Positions 33,718 through 46,400 of a stretch of 64,000 nt of DNA are shown in pieces (position 1 is the stretch's first letter; every line of letters begins with the position of its first letter). The DNA comes from Amphiscolops sp. MND2022. Lineage: Eukaryota. Made by a program: the position numbers and the translations under genes. The notes below the pieces were generated by a model. It had not been told where the DNA came from. It made no database searches and saw only the letters and a list, made by a program, of their open reading frames with translations. The DNA lies in contig OZ076409.1 in NCBI GenBank assembly GCA_964187785.1, forward strand, positions 69,690,001 through 69,754,000, given 5' to 3'.

Positions 33718-34873
33718 ATTTCACGAGAGTGTCAATATAAACAACTTAATTAACTCTTGAACCTCCTGCGTTAATCTTAGTTCATGAGCAGTTATATGAG
33801 TTTATGATGAGATTTGAATACATTCAAATCTCTTCCCTTTCCTGCGAAATGCATTTTAGACATTAAAAACATTCGATAAATTTCGGAGGGAAAATTTCCA
33901 AATTATTTCACCACCCATAATAAAGGTCTTTGATGGATTATTGCGCCTTCCCCCGTGAGTTTTCACAGAACCTGTAGCCTTTCACATCACGTGATTGAAC
34001 TATTTCGGTCACGTATGTGTGACGTCATCTTTTTGTTCTTTCTTTACTTCTTCGCGTTTTCTTTTATTATTTCATATCAAATCAATTTCACTCTCAACTA
34101 CCATTCACTTCACTTCATGCTCCGGGGACTGTCTTTTGTCCTGTTTTAAACCCCATTTCCAGGTGTACATATGGAATTATTGGCGGGAGATGGTAAGAGG
34201 GGTAAGCAGGTAATGGGGATAACTGATGGGGAGGGGAGATTGTTAAAGGCGTCCGTCTTTCATTCTTTTCACGTATTATTGTTATCCCTTATAACCAATC
34301 CCCCTCCTTGTTTGTTTATTAGATCGTACCTAGTCACTTTTCATTGTTCGACCTCCTTTTCCACATGACTGATTAAATCCGCGCCTAATTAATTCCGATA
34401 TTTGTTGGAAAAATTAATTTATTCCCCATAAACTATAAACACCGCTTGCGCAGGTAAGCCATGGCAGAATTACTACTAATAACCTCTGAAACTAATCACC
34501 CGTTTGAACCGTAGCGTAGTTTCCTGAATTATTAATACCGACAACTGTTACAAAGTACATACGTTTGACAGTGTTCATATTTACTCTCATTTTATACAGA
34601 ATGATACCAAGTTTCCTCAACCTTATAGCTAGAGGTACTTTATTTTTTATTGCGATTTTCATGGTGGTATTAGCACGATATACGCGTTTCATAATGCACA
34701 GGGGTTCACCAACCAGAAAGGTGAATCAGAGGTCAAATTGGTGAAAAAAAATAATTCAACATTGTCATTGTTTTCCATGGATCCGAATTGACCTCTATAG
34801 AAAAAACACCTAGATCATTAAAACGTTATATATAATAATGTGTGAAAACAGTTGATCCATACGATGATCAGAT

Positions 34874-35521
34874 TTAATTCAATAAATGACCACATAAAAA
34901 CACTTGGTACAAACAATGGCTATTGTCGTGACTATTGGTCATAATGTCTTCTTCATGACCATCGTCACTAGACTGAGAGTTCTCTGAATTTCTCCTAAAG
35001 TAGTCTTGTCGACTACTGGTTGCCATATTAAGCTTTGAGTTACCTTTCCAAGCGTTTTTAACGAATTTCGCTTCGGTGGTCCTGTTAAGTCCACTGGACC
35101 TCTGGCCCACTTCTTCCCGAAACACTGGATTTTGGTTGGAAACCAAGTTTCTAATATCAGGCAAAACCTTTTCAGTGATTGCTGAATTAATGACATCAAC
35201 CAGCTGAGAATTAAGTTCTCTTCTCAGTTCATCAATTTTCTTTGTAATCTCAGAATTAACGAGCCTCATAGTCTCAACCGTCGATTCACTATTTTCTTTA
35301 CTGTTTGAGTCTAAAAGTGACCTGAAATCCTCACTATTTTGCAGTGGGTCTCCTCTAGTCCTATCTGACCCTAGGTCTATTTCACCATTCCTATCAGAGT
35401 CATTTCCTAATTCATTTCTTGGATATGATCCAAGCATTACGTCTAAGTTTTCTGTATCAGACATGATGTCTAATTGCCTAGAGCGTCTTTCCTTAGCTCT
35501 TTGCTTTCTAGTAGAAGGCAT
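34874..35521 (-). other. Duplicated N-terminal 199 codons of gag in the 3' LTR, reading ~16 codons into host DNA
   Basis: Identical to gag 48477-50195 up to NSHD. Confidence 0.9.
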
Positions 35522-36669
35522 TGAAGAAATATTTGCTCAGGTAAGAGTATATTCGAGCTTGTATCAAATATCCCAACTTGAACTGAGTATTCAAACAATA
35601 ACAGAACGATATATCACTAAAGCAGTCTACTAAAGCGAAGGTTGACTTGTAGTCTCAAAATGATTAGAACACTGATGGTGATAGATAGCGGTGAGTTGTA
35701 GGTTTGTAATCATCAATAATCGTCAAGATTCATCCCTTGGGACTAGTGGTCCCCGTATTTATAGTCCTTGCATCATGACATGCAGTAATATGTATAGTCA
35801 TGTTACTAAAATTAGCAACTTATATACTAACGTCACTATGACGTAATGCTGTCAAACTAAATATAGACACAAGTACGGGCAAAAGGCCCTGGGAAGTTTA
35901 CGTCACATGTTCCTGTAATTCTAAAATTAGCATCTCTACGTGTATTAGATCTAAAAATAGATAAAGAGGAAGGAAAATGGGGGGGAAGAGGCAGTACGCC
36001 TTTCATATTAATGACAGCAAGACTTGTGCTGAGCTCATACTTATATGCACCAATAGTATTGCACCTAGTTAAGATTAATAATCATCAAAGTAAATACACC
36101 GACAATAAGTGGACCGGCAGTCTAATATGACTTGCGTCGCCGCAAAGGCCAGCAAGTAAGTGAATAAGAAAGCTCGCATGTGATTGGCTAATTAAGGTTG
36201 CGGACTACGCGTTCGAATTGACCAACGCGGCGGACAATTCGAACGCGTTTCCTTTACCTTGCCAGTTATCTTGATTATTACAGCTACATTTCATCGATAA
36301 TTAATACTTTCTGCACTACTGGTTTACATGTAGAATACACAAGCATAAAGACGTGAATATATATATAAAGTGTACATGCGCAGTGTATAAAATCAACAAA
36401 CAGAATACAATGAATGCTATATCTATGTAATGAATACTAAAATGCAATTGGTACTACAAGTCATACTAAGACCAGTGGACCTTCGGTCCGTAATAGCATA
36501 AATTCACATTCTAATTGTTTGTGAAAAAAATAGAAGTCTTGCACTAAGTTTCCCAGCAGATCAGCGGTATACGCGGCCTAAAGTGGCAGTGTTCCTGGCA
36601 TATATCTCAGGTCGTTCTCATTCACCATCACTTGGTAGCTGTTTCCATCACAGGCGGCAGCCTGCGACA
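34924..36669 (-). repeat. 3' LTR of element 2 (1746 bp)
   Basis: Direct repeat of 49598-51343; only one substitution noticed by eye (near 36308). Confidence 0.96.
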
Positions 36670-37396
36670 CTCCCCGGGGGATGACAGTAAACGAGCCTGC
36701 AAGCATTCCTGCCTGAAAGGCGTTTCTTCGTCTGAGTCGGGTATTGTACGTCTCACCCACGAGGTGAGTCTGCTCCAAAAAATTGAAGGTGATCTCCTCT
36801 CGTATTGTTTCAAAAGACTTCCCACACACTATGCAGTCCCCAAAGGCGACTTGGTTCGGCAGCCCACACACCCCGCTGTTGCTTATGGCAATCCCAGTAA
36901 TATGTGCGTTATTGGGCTGATAAGGGAAGTCATCATCTGACCACGGGTTGCCAGCGTTATTGACATTACACCCTTGCTCGTGCGGAGGTGGAGATAGTGG
37001 GGTGTCTGGAATTGGGCTAATTCTTGCACACTCAGCAATGGGTCGCTCCTGACTGAGTCTTCTGGAATAGCTAGGAGGGTGAATGCCCAATATCTGGTCT
37101 ACAAGGTCGCTAGGGGGCTCTGTGTCCGTCTTTATTGACCTGCCATACAATTCCTCCAGTAGCGTTAAGTCATCATCGTCCGTGAATTCAGTGGTCATGG
37201 CACGTCCCGCTATCCCCAGTGGTCGAGTGGACTGAGCCTCGCTGTAACAGGCGATCACTTCTATGTCGCTGTCATAACCTTTCTCGTCTGGGGCTTTTTG
37301 TGGATCGTCCACGTCCATGTCTTCTTCCTCTGAGGATAGATAAGACAGGCTAACCAAGGGGCTAATTAAATCTTCTACTGCAAATTGTAGAGACAT
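36578..37396 (-). CDS. ORF-X of element 2: 272-aa accessory CxxC protein ending inside the 3' LTR
   Basis: Homolog of 7732-8517 in the same position and orientation. Confidence 0.8.
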   Translation of the reverse strand: MSLQFAVEDLISPLVSLSYLSSEEEDMDVDDPQKAPDEKGYDSDIEVIACYSEAQSTRPLGIAGRAMTTEFTDDDDLTLLEELYGRSIKTDTEPPSDLVDQILGIHPPSYSRRLSQERPIAECARISPIPDTPLSPPPHEQGCNVNNAGNPWSDDDFPYQPNNAHITGIAISNSGVCGLPNQVAFGDCIVCGKSFETIREEITFNFLEQTHLVGETYNTRLRRRNAFQAGMLAGSFTVIPRGVSQAAACDGNSYQVMVNENDLRYMPGTLPL

Positions 37397-38867
37397 ATCT
37401 GTTTGAAATCTCTTTAGTAAGATTTTCTTAGCAATTCTTGAGTATGAAAGTGAGCTGCTGATTTGTAGATTGAGATTCAGAAGAATGGCTACCTCGGGCT
37501 GATCGACCTTAGGTCAGAGGGTCGAAACTTCGCGGGAAAATAAGTTAGGGAAAGTTTCCCTGCAGCCCTCTTTGGTTTCTTAACATTTCCTTATTAAGCG
37601 GGTTCCCTTCTCAATTTCGTTTTGATGATCAGCCGCTTGTAAAGTTGATAAGTGCTTGAGTTTGATCTCAAGTGGTTGTATTAACTATTGAAGAGGTGAC
37701 AATGGGTGATGAGATTGTTTATCATCACTCATTAACACTAGTGAAGTGTCATCAAAGACCGTCGGTCTCAGCGGCTAGCAAAGACCAACTGTCCAATCAG
37801 AGCGTGTTGATAAATGAATAAATAATTCTGAATGAATTTGAATGAAAATGGTAAAATGGCATAAATGGATGAAATTAATAATGGTAATGATGGTAACTCT
37901 AATACTGGAACAAAGGAATGGAAAAGAAATGATTGCTGAATGTACATCACTGGCAGGTTCTGTAACACTGAAGATCATAGTGTATAGGTAATTAAAAGAG
38001 CTAATAGCTTTGGTAATAATAAATGACTTGTATTTTGCCACGACGTCCTTTGATGTAAATGAAATAAACGTAAAATACGATTGAGTAATAATCAGTCTTG
38101 AGAGTCAAGTTGAACGGTAAGAAGTAAAACTTGTAAGTGAGACTTTCAGTCTAATTGCCGTAAAGCATAGTAAACCAGTTTGCTATATTTCACAGTTCAC
38201 AGTACGACTTTCAAATTATTAATCCTTTGTTACATTTTGCATTCCCAATTCTAATTCTATCATTCAACAGCAGTTTTAGATCCCCAAATCTGCACAAAAT
38301 ATTTCCTGCTTGGATAGTTCTTCTAGTTACATCTTCTCGTTGGACTTCGTTTCCAGGACTACTGGTCTAATTGTCCCTAGATCGACGTAGAGTCCACTTT
38401 TGAGACTTCAATCTCGGTTCAGAATTCTTCATCTAGTTCACCCTTCTTGTTTCTCCTAGACAACATTGAACTATTCTTCTACGAGTATTCCAACTTGTTG
38501 ACAGTACTCCCGTCCAAAGTTGTTCATTCCTCGAGATTCTACTAATTGGACTAGCAGTCTAATTGGCATAGGTCACCCTTCCAACAGTATCCGCCGTCTT
38601 ACGACTTTGTTTCAGTCTGCTCATCCTTCGCGTCACTACTCCGATTCGGACAGACCAAGAATCCTTTCAGTCAGCCACGTTTTGCTCCACCAATTCTGTT
38701 CTCCATTTGGATAAACATCAGGTTGGTTCTTTCAACTTATTTTGTCAATTTTGAGCTTGATCAGGGCTTCCCATTGACTAGTTTTCACTTCCTCCATCGT
38801 GAAATATTCAACCATAGGTATGAACAAATAATAAGCTTGCTTTCGAAAGTCTTTCAAACGCGATAAG

Positions 38868-41800
38868 ATGGATTTCTTTAACGGAAGTGGATCGCGAAAA
38901 TTTATTTCTTTCCGTTTAGGCAAAGAAATGGACGGCCAACCAGAACAAAACGTCACCGAACAGATGGAAATTGACTCCCCAACAGTTGGACAGATGTTAG
39001 AGTCTGAGAACAGAGGGTCGCCAACGGACATAAGATCTATAGTTGAGCTGTCTTCCAATACGGACACTGAAAGCTGCGAAGCCTACATCAGGCGTACAGC
39101 TGAGTTGCTTGAGAGCGCTGAGCAAGATCCCGCTAGTCGTGCAACTGAGATTCCTGTTGAGGCAAAGTCAAGTGTGAGTGAGTTGGTTGCTGTTACTCCT
39201 GCGCTGAATGAGATGATCCCCGAAGTCCAACTTACAGAAAGCGTCCCTAGAGTCGTCTTCCTGGACAAATCCGATTCGCAAGAAGGGACGAATAACACCA
39301 CCATCGGAAGACAGGACCTTACGTCAGCAAGCAAAGTAGTTGACCAAAGCCTTATGGCATCTAATCCTGAAGTCGGGGTTGTTGCTACTACCACTGAGGG
39401 CCCGTCTCAGCCTGCTAACATAGGGCTAGTGGAACAAGTCCTTGAGGAGCCGCAAGTTACTCCCAACCTTCAAGGAGCACAGGAAGAGAGACAAGAGATC
39501 GATGCTTCTGGGTCTGGTGATCCGCAAGTCAGCAAAGGGCCAATGGACTACCGGTACCAAACAGATGAAGACTCTTGCTTTGAGATGGAGACCGACACCG
39601 GATCTATGGCTAGGTCTACCTTGGGACAAGCGCTGTATTGCCCGGCAAAGGTTCGTGAGATTTCTTGCCGCGATGAATCTAGTCATGATTCAAACGTTGC
39701 CGATTTGCCACCCATCACTGATCCGCCACCGTTGTCAGGTACCAGCAGGGTTATCATCAAACAATGTTTCACAGAAACAAACCCTATCTGCCTTGATCCA
39801 GGACACCCTGTCATTGCGCTAAATCAGGATCAAATTACCAGCATCCTCAGAATTGTAGCAGACGAAAGTGCCCGAGCGTCTTTTGAGATGCTTAGCAGCG
39901 TAGTGGAACGGGCGAGCCGATTGAACTTGGGTAGTCCTGCAAAAACTGCTTCTAGAAGGCGTGTTCCTTCGATGTCTGGCCATGATACTGACACAGATAT
40001 CGGAAGTGATTCCGTAGCTACCTACTCCACACGTAGAGGCGGCGCAAGTTCAGGCATGACCAGTGAGGCTGAATCCCAACCGGACTTCCAATCAAGTGTA
40101 GCGATGCCTGCTCCTCCGACCACTGCCAGCAATCAACAGGTAGACTTAGAGACTGACCCACATTCTCCTGCCGTGTCCAGCCCTGGGGCTCAAACCCTCG
40201 CCAACGTGAGACAGGAGGCTATTAACGAGCAACGCCAAGCCCGGAGACAAACTTCATCTCGCACTCGACCTAGGGGCCAAGCACGACCCAGGAGACGAAT
40301 AGGCCGAGTGATGAAGGAGGAGTACTTCGAGACAATGCCTTGGACTAGAACTTTCGTGTCTGGGCCAGTTGATCCGAAATGGAACAAGCACAAGATCTAC
40401 TGCCAGATCTGCAAGTGCAATGTCTCAATCCGTGCAAAGCGTCCAAAGGAAATCCTGTGACATTTCGCGACGGAGCGTCATCTGCGTAAAGATCAGCGCT
40501 GGAGGTATGAGTACCTCACTATTGAAGACCCCCTTACTAAGCGACGCAGATACCAAGTGAGAGGTCAAGATGGTAAAGTGCTCTCCAATTATCAACTCCA
40601 GCTGGAACTGCCTCACTTCATTAACTGCGAACTAGTAGACATTGGGGAGAAGTTGCCATTCTACGACGAGGCAATGGCAGGCGTGGATTATATGGCATCG
40701 TCACCGCAAAATCGTGCCAGACTGCAAATTTCTGTGCTCGGCTGTTTCTTACCATTGTCTGGAGACGTCCAAGTCCTGCGTGGTCTCTGGCAACAAATTG
40801 GCATTGCACTGAATCATCAGGCCATCACCAGTGATATCGACTGGAGCACAACTAGACTCTCAGTAAGTAGTCTCTTCACGTCTGATTGACTTCTAGTCCT
40901 ATCCCTATATCATGCAAGCTTGACTAGATTTGATAAGTCACAGTCCATGATTTGAACAATAGTTCTTGAGTGGGCACATGTTCCGGTTCGTACTAATCTA
41001 AAGATGTGTTTAAGGTGTTGTTCCATCATCTATTCACACAAATCATTCCAATCATTGGCAATGATATCCTGACGTCCGGACAATTCTCTGTAGAATTCGA
41101 ACCACAGGGGGTTTTCCTCTTGCTTCACGTCAGGTTCTGGAAAGCTGACAAATTGTGCCGGGTCTACTTACTGCGAACCGGCAGGGCCAGTGGACAAACA
41201 TCAGCCGAAGTCAGCCTTGTGTCTACCCTTCTTGCAGCGATATCTGCTGAGGCTGATCTAGTATGCTGCTCTGGGGCTACATATGGCCTAGTCCATCTGT
41301 TAGATCGGTCCCCACTCACCAGACATGGGGTACAGCGACCAACCACTTTCGACGAGATTGCGATCAAGAAGTTGATGCACAAAGACAGTTTCTCCGTGTT
41401 TGGACGCATTGACTTCTTTTCAGTGTTACAGTACTTGGTTGTCTGCCTGAGTGGAAGTCTAGAGATGGAATGGACTCTCTTCACCCCTGAGTTGACTAAG
41501 GTAAGTCCCTCAGTCTACGTGCCTAGTACCGCCCGAAGCTTGGTCCGGTTTGACGTGGGGTTTTCAATTTAGGCCATTAAAACTTGCAAGCTTGACGTGT
41601 CCACAATCCCAAAATTGTGTCAGGAGTTGATGGCTAACTGGAAAACGGTGATCACCTACCTTTCCGAGCATTCACCTCAACAGCAAATGCAGGGAGTCAG
41701 AAACCAGGTTGGTCAATTTGCGACAGCTAGACTCATAGTCCCTAGTAGGGCAAATCTCGATGGCTTTCATTTCTTTTCAGCCCCAAAACTTCGAACGATC

Positions 41801-43218
41801 TGTCATTCACGATGACTTCTTTCCTTGCAGACTTGAGTTCTTTGGGAAGCTTGTCCGCGATTGTTAGTACTCTAATTCTCCTTGCACATTGGTTTCCACA
41901 TGGCTTCATAATAATTCAATAGGATGCATCTGACTGGAACTGGGCTGCGCCTTGTCGAATTTCCAATCTAAGCTTGACTGTCCCAAAATAAATCCTCTTA
42001 GTCCTAGTTACGACAATGGGACCATAGGTCTTTTAAGGCATAATCTGGTTTCATGGTTGATTCACTGTTTCAGACACCACCAACTTCTCACTCAGTCTCA
42101 GTGGCCGGCGAGACAGGGCCTTCTACTCCTTCCGACAGCTTTGTCTCTACCTTCGCAAATTGGCTAAGCGCGTTGTTCTCCCCACTGCTTTGCCTGCTGA
42201 AGAAGACATCGCGAGTATCTTGGACCTGGATACCACAACTGCTCTGGCCCTCAGCGTCCCCGTGTTTCTCAGCAGAACCAAATTTGGAGCGAAACTTGAC
42301 CATGCCTGCAAGTTGAAAGCAGAGATTGAGCAGCATGAACAGAAAGGAGAGAAGACGTCAATCGACACATTGAAAGAGAAGGCTAAGGAAGAATTTGGAC
42401 GTTTGGCCAGGAGTTACGTGACTCATCTGTTCAAAGAGACGCGTAGTCACTTCAATTTCACCACCAACATCGCCCAAGGTTTGGCCAGCTTTGACCTGGA
42501 AATCCTCTTGAAGTTGCCTCTCACTCTGGCCACGAAATGCTTCGGTCAGTTATTTACCGTCTTCCGTCTTCGTGGGTATTTTTCCCAAGAACAAGAGGCC
42601 CCAGCACATGAAGAGTACCTGTCCTTCGTCGACCAGTTGCGCATTAAATTTGCAGAGTTCGATCAACCTACACTATTGATCAAGGATACAATTGATTTCC
42701 TCATGGGCCAAACAACTCTGTCTACACGTCCATTGTTGTTTAGTTGTTTCAAGTTGGCTTGTCTCTGCATAGATGAGCCTTTTAGAGATCTCCCGACAGT
42801 CAAGTTCGGCTCTGTCAACACGGATGATCCTACCAGCAAGCTAGTGGACATAGTGCTGCCAGTGCAATCGTTCTTTAGCCAAGCTGTTAATCCAGTTGAG
42901 TCAGTGACCAGCGATGCCTCGATCTCCGAATTCCTCGAAATGGAGTCTACTTTCGGTCGCACTGCGCTTGGCGACACGTATGACCCGTGGTCGGGTTTGG
43001 ACAATTTCGGGAGGACTGAGATTTTGTCGAAGTTGGATCCTGAACGCAGACTTCAGAGCAAAGCTGGCAAGGTGGGCGCTTCCAGTACTGTCACAGTCCA
43101 GCAGTCCCCCAGTACCCTACAGTACCCTAAGAAGAATGTCCGTCCTACTCATCTCTTGTCAGATTCCGAATTGGTCCAGACTGCTAAGAGTCTGCGTCAG
43201 TGTGGCAGTAAAGACTAA
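38868..43218 (+). pseudogene. Antisense spliced BED-finger/hAT-like gene of element 2 (~1280 codons) with one nonsense codon. Exons 38868-40862, 41015-41500, 41573-41707, 41781-41862, 42074-43218
   Basis: Same intron positions and phases as element 1. TGA at 40458-40460 stands where element 1 has Arg (EILRH); the frame continues HFATERHLRKDQRWRYE. Confidence 0.85.
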
Positions 43219-43440
43219 TTGTACACAATGTGCACATATATAAACTTTAGACTGTAAACTATTTATCCATATTTTCTTTTGTTCTGCCAATGTTGCTTGT
43301 GGCTTTATTATTCGTCGCTAAGTCAGTTTGTCGGCACCTTATTAATTGTCATAAAGTGAAGTCAAAATAGTCCCAAGTAAAGAATACATGTCCTCAAGGG
43401 CAGAGAGAGAAAATTGGGACGTAGTAATTAAATGTTCTGA

Positions 43441-46400
43441 CTAGTATCTGTATTCTTCTGAGTAATTAGGGGTAGGGTTCGGACGGAGGTTATATCTCCC
43501 TCCTCTAGGGCTTTCATTTTCTACAATCATTTCGTCGTTTTCGCTTTCTGATACTTCGGGCACGATAGTATCGCTCCCCCCTGATGAAGTTTCCTCACCA
43601 GGAATTGAGTCATTATCGGAATCGGGCATGATTCGCTCAGGAAGAGTTTCTTCCGTCTCGTCATGTCTAGTGGACTGTAGGTCCACATCGGTCAAGATCT
43701 GATCTGGCTGGTCGAAGTTAGTATCTTCGCCGCTCGTAATTTCTGGTCGTTCAGTTGATTGCTCGTAGGTCGGTTGACGTCGAGTGGACGCGAAGTCCTC
43801 AAAGTTCGTTTCCCACGTGATTACGTAGAGATCATCTTGGGGAATGACAATTTCATCGTCTGGCTGTAAATTCCCTTCTGGGCGAACGTCCTGTAAGTCT
43901 GTATTAGGCTCATATTTTCTGAGACGTATTCTGTGTAAAATTTGCGTTTTGTTGGAATTGAGTTTGCGAACTATATAATTATCGTTTGGTAAAACTTTTT
44001 CGATAATGTAAGGGCCAATCCAACGGAATTCGCGAAATGGGATTTTTGATCCTTGATGGTCAGCTATAGGTTGTAGAATGAAGCAATAATCATTGAGTTT
44101 CAAAGGTGCTGCTTTGGCCTTTCGGTCATAGTATTCTTTGTACTTCAAATAAGACTGCATAATATTTTTCTTTGTGGAATCAATCAAAACCTGTGATCTA
44201 CGTTGGAATTCCTCAGCAAAGTCCGTGGTGGGAAGGACCTGTGGGTTTGGGTTGAGCCCCAATTTATGGTCTAAAATATTGTACGGTATGCGGCCATGAA
44301 ATATCCTTGATGGTTCGCAGCCCAACGTCGAGTGGTAGGACGTGTTGTAATTTAGGACTGCTAACGGTAAGTACTTGTGCCACTGACGTCTATACTCCCC
44401 TGAGGCCATTTTGAGGTTAGTCTTAAGACTGGCATGAGTTCTTTCTAGCTTTCCTATGGTCTGTGGGTGTTTCGTCGTCGCACATTTAATTTGAATGCCC
44501 AAAATTTGCGCAATTTCAGCTACTAACTTTGATGTGAAGGCTGATCCTTTATCGGTAATCAAAGTCGTCGGCAAATACGTATGTTTGGTCATGATGTCGA
44601 TAATGACCTTAGCGGTATTTGCAGCTGAAGCATCAGTAACTGGGTAAGCGAACAGGTAACGTGAAAAAACGTCCATGGCAGTAATAATATTTTCGTAGCC
44701 TCCGCTCGGCGGGAGGTTCGGTAATAGGTCTATTTGCATAGCGTCTTCTGGACCCAAAGTCCACTCTGGCAAATTGAGGAGCTCAGGAGTTATTAACTCA
44801 TTTGGAGTTCTTTTATCTTTTATGCAGGTTTCACATCCATTAACCCACTTGCGGACGATTTTCGCTATTCCAGGATAATAATATTTGGAACGAATTTCTT
44901 GTAACATTTTTGCAATGCCCGGATGGCGATTGGCCTTCCCGTGAAGGGATTCTAATAATTCAGTTACTAGGTGTTTTGGTAAGAGCACTTGGTTGTATTT
45001 GACAGTGCCAGTTTCGTCGTAATACTGCCTCGTGATGATTTCGTTTTGAATGGACAGTCGGTCTAGTTGGCGTAGGTAGTGCTGATATCTTGTATCTTGT
45101 ATCAAGATTGTTTCAGAATACTCTTCTTTTTGAATTTTGAGCTTAAGTTGTTGTAGTATAACGTCATTGTTTTGCTCTATAGTCACAGTGTTGGTATTGG
45201 CTAGTTTTTGACAAATGGGTAATTTTTGATAATTGCTGTGATGAGTGGTAAATTTTTGAAAAGAAATATCCGGTAATTGATTGGAAGGATTGTCTCGTGA
45301 TTTTTTCTTCCTTTGCCAGATTTGCTCTTCTGTCTCATCTTCATCGTCAGTATAGAAGATTTGTTCTTCTTCTGTGATCCCTGCTGATTGGACGTGAAGT
45401 TCAATTGGCGTAGTGGGAATATCTTCTCTGATGCGAAGAATCAATTTCTCTTTTGGTGATATTTCTAGGCGTGATAAGTAGTCTGCGGCTGTGTTGTTTT
45501 TACCGGGAATGTGTGCTATTGTGAAGTTAAATTGAATAACGTAATCACATGCGTTCCACAACGTTGGTGGTATTATCTTTGTTTGAAAAAAACGCGTGAC
45601 GGATTTGTTATCGGTCAGTATAATTACCGGCTTTGGCGTCCCCCAAAAGATGTGTCCAAATTCCTTGAAAGCAAAGAATATGGCTAAGAATTCTTTTGCA
45701 TAAATGGACATTTTCAATTGTGCGGGACTAAAGGTCTTTGACCCGTAAGCTACCGGAGCAAACGCTTTCCTCGTTGACGTATATTTTTCTTGTGGATCAT
45801 CCTCAATTAGGACTGCGTACCCAGCGGCCATAAAGCTGGCGTCGGTCATTAGGGCTATTTGCTTGTTCGGTAGCGGCTGTTTAAGTGCTAATTCACAACA
45901 GCGGTCAAGTGCTTTGTTGATATCGGTAAATTTCTCCAATAGGTCCGGTGTTACTATGACTTTTTCATCATTCTTTAATAATTTGAAGAATGGTGTTAGT
46001 CTCTCTGATAGCCTGGGAATATAGTTACGATAGTAGTTGAGAAATCCCAGGTATCTCTGCAGTGCTTTCTTTGATTTCGGGAATTTCGTGTTTTCTAGGA
46101 AATTTTGGACTCGTGGTCGCTGTGGACGTACTCCGACTGGCGTGATCGTTCGACCCAAAAAGTCGATTTCTGTCGCTCCGAAATGACATTTGTGCATTGT
46201 GAGCTTCAATCCCGCTTCGCGGATGCATTGGAAAGTGGCCCGCAGGTTCTTTATGAGTTGTTCGGCGTCATTTGCAGCAATGCCGATATCATCGACATAT
46301 TGAGCACATTGGTCAGCCTTAATAACTTTGTCAAGATATTCGCGCATAAAGCTAGAAAAGGCTGACAAAGCACGGCTGAGTCCTTGCGCCAACCTGCGGT

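Noticed and set aside
22385..33724. Many 60-135 aa ORFs in the inter-element region
   Set aside because: They are F/K/L-rich translations of MITE and DINE-like repeats, often with non-ATG starts and no domains.
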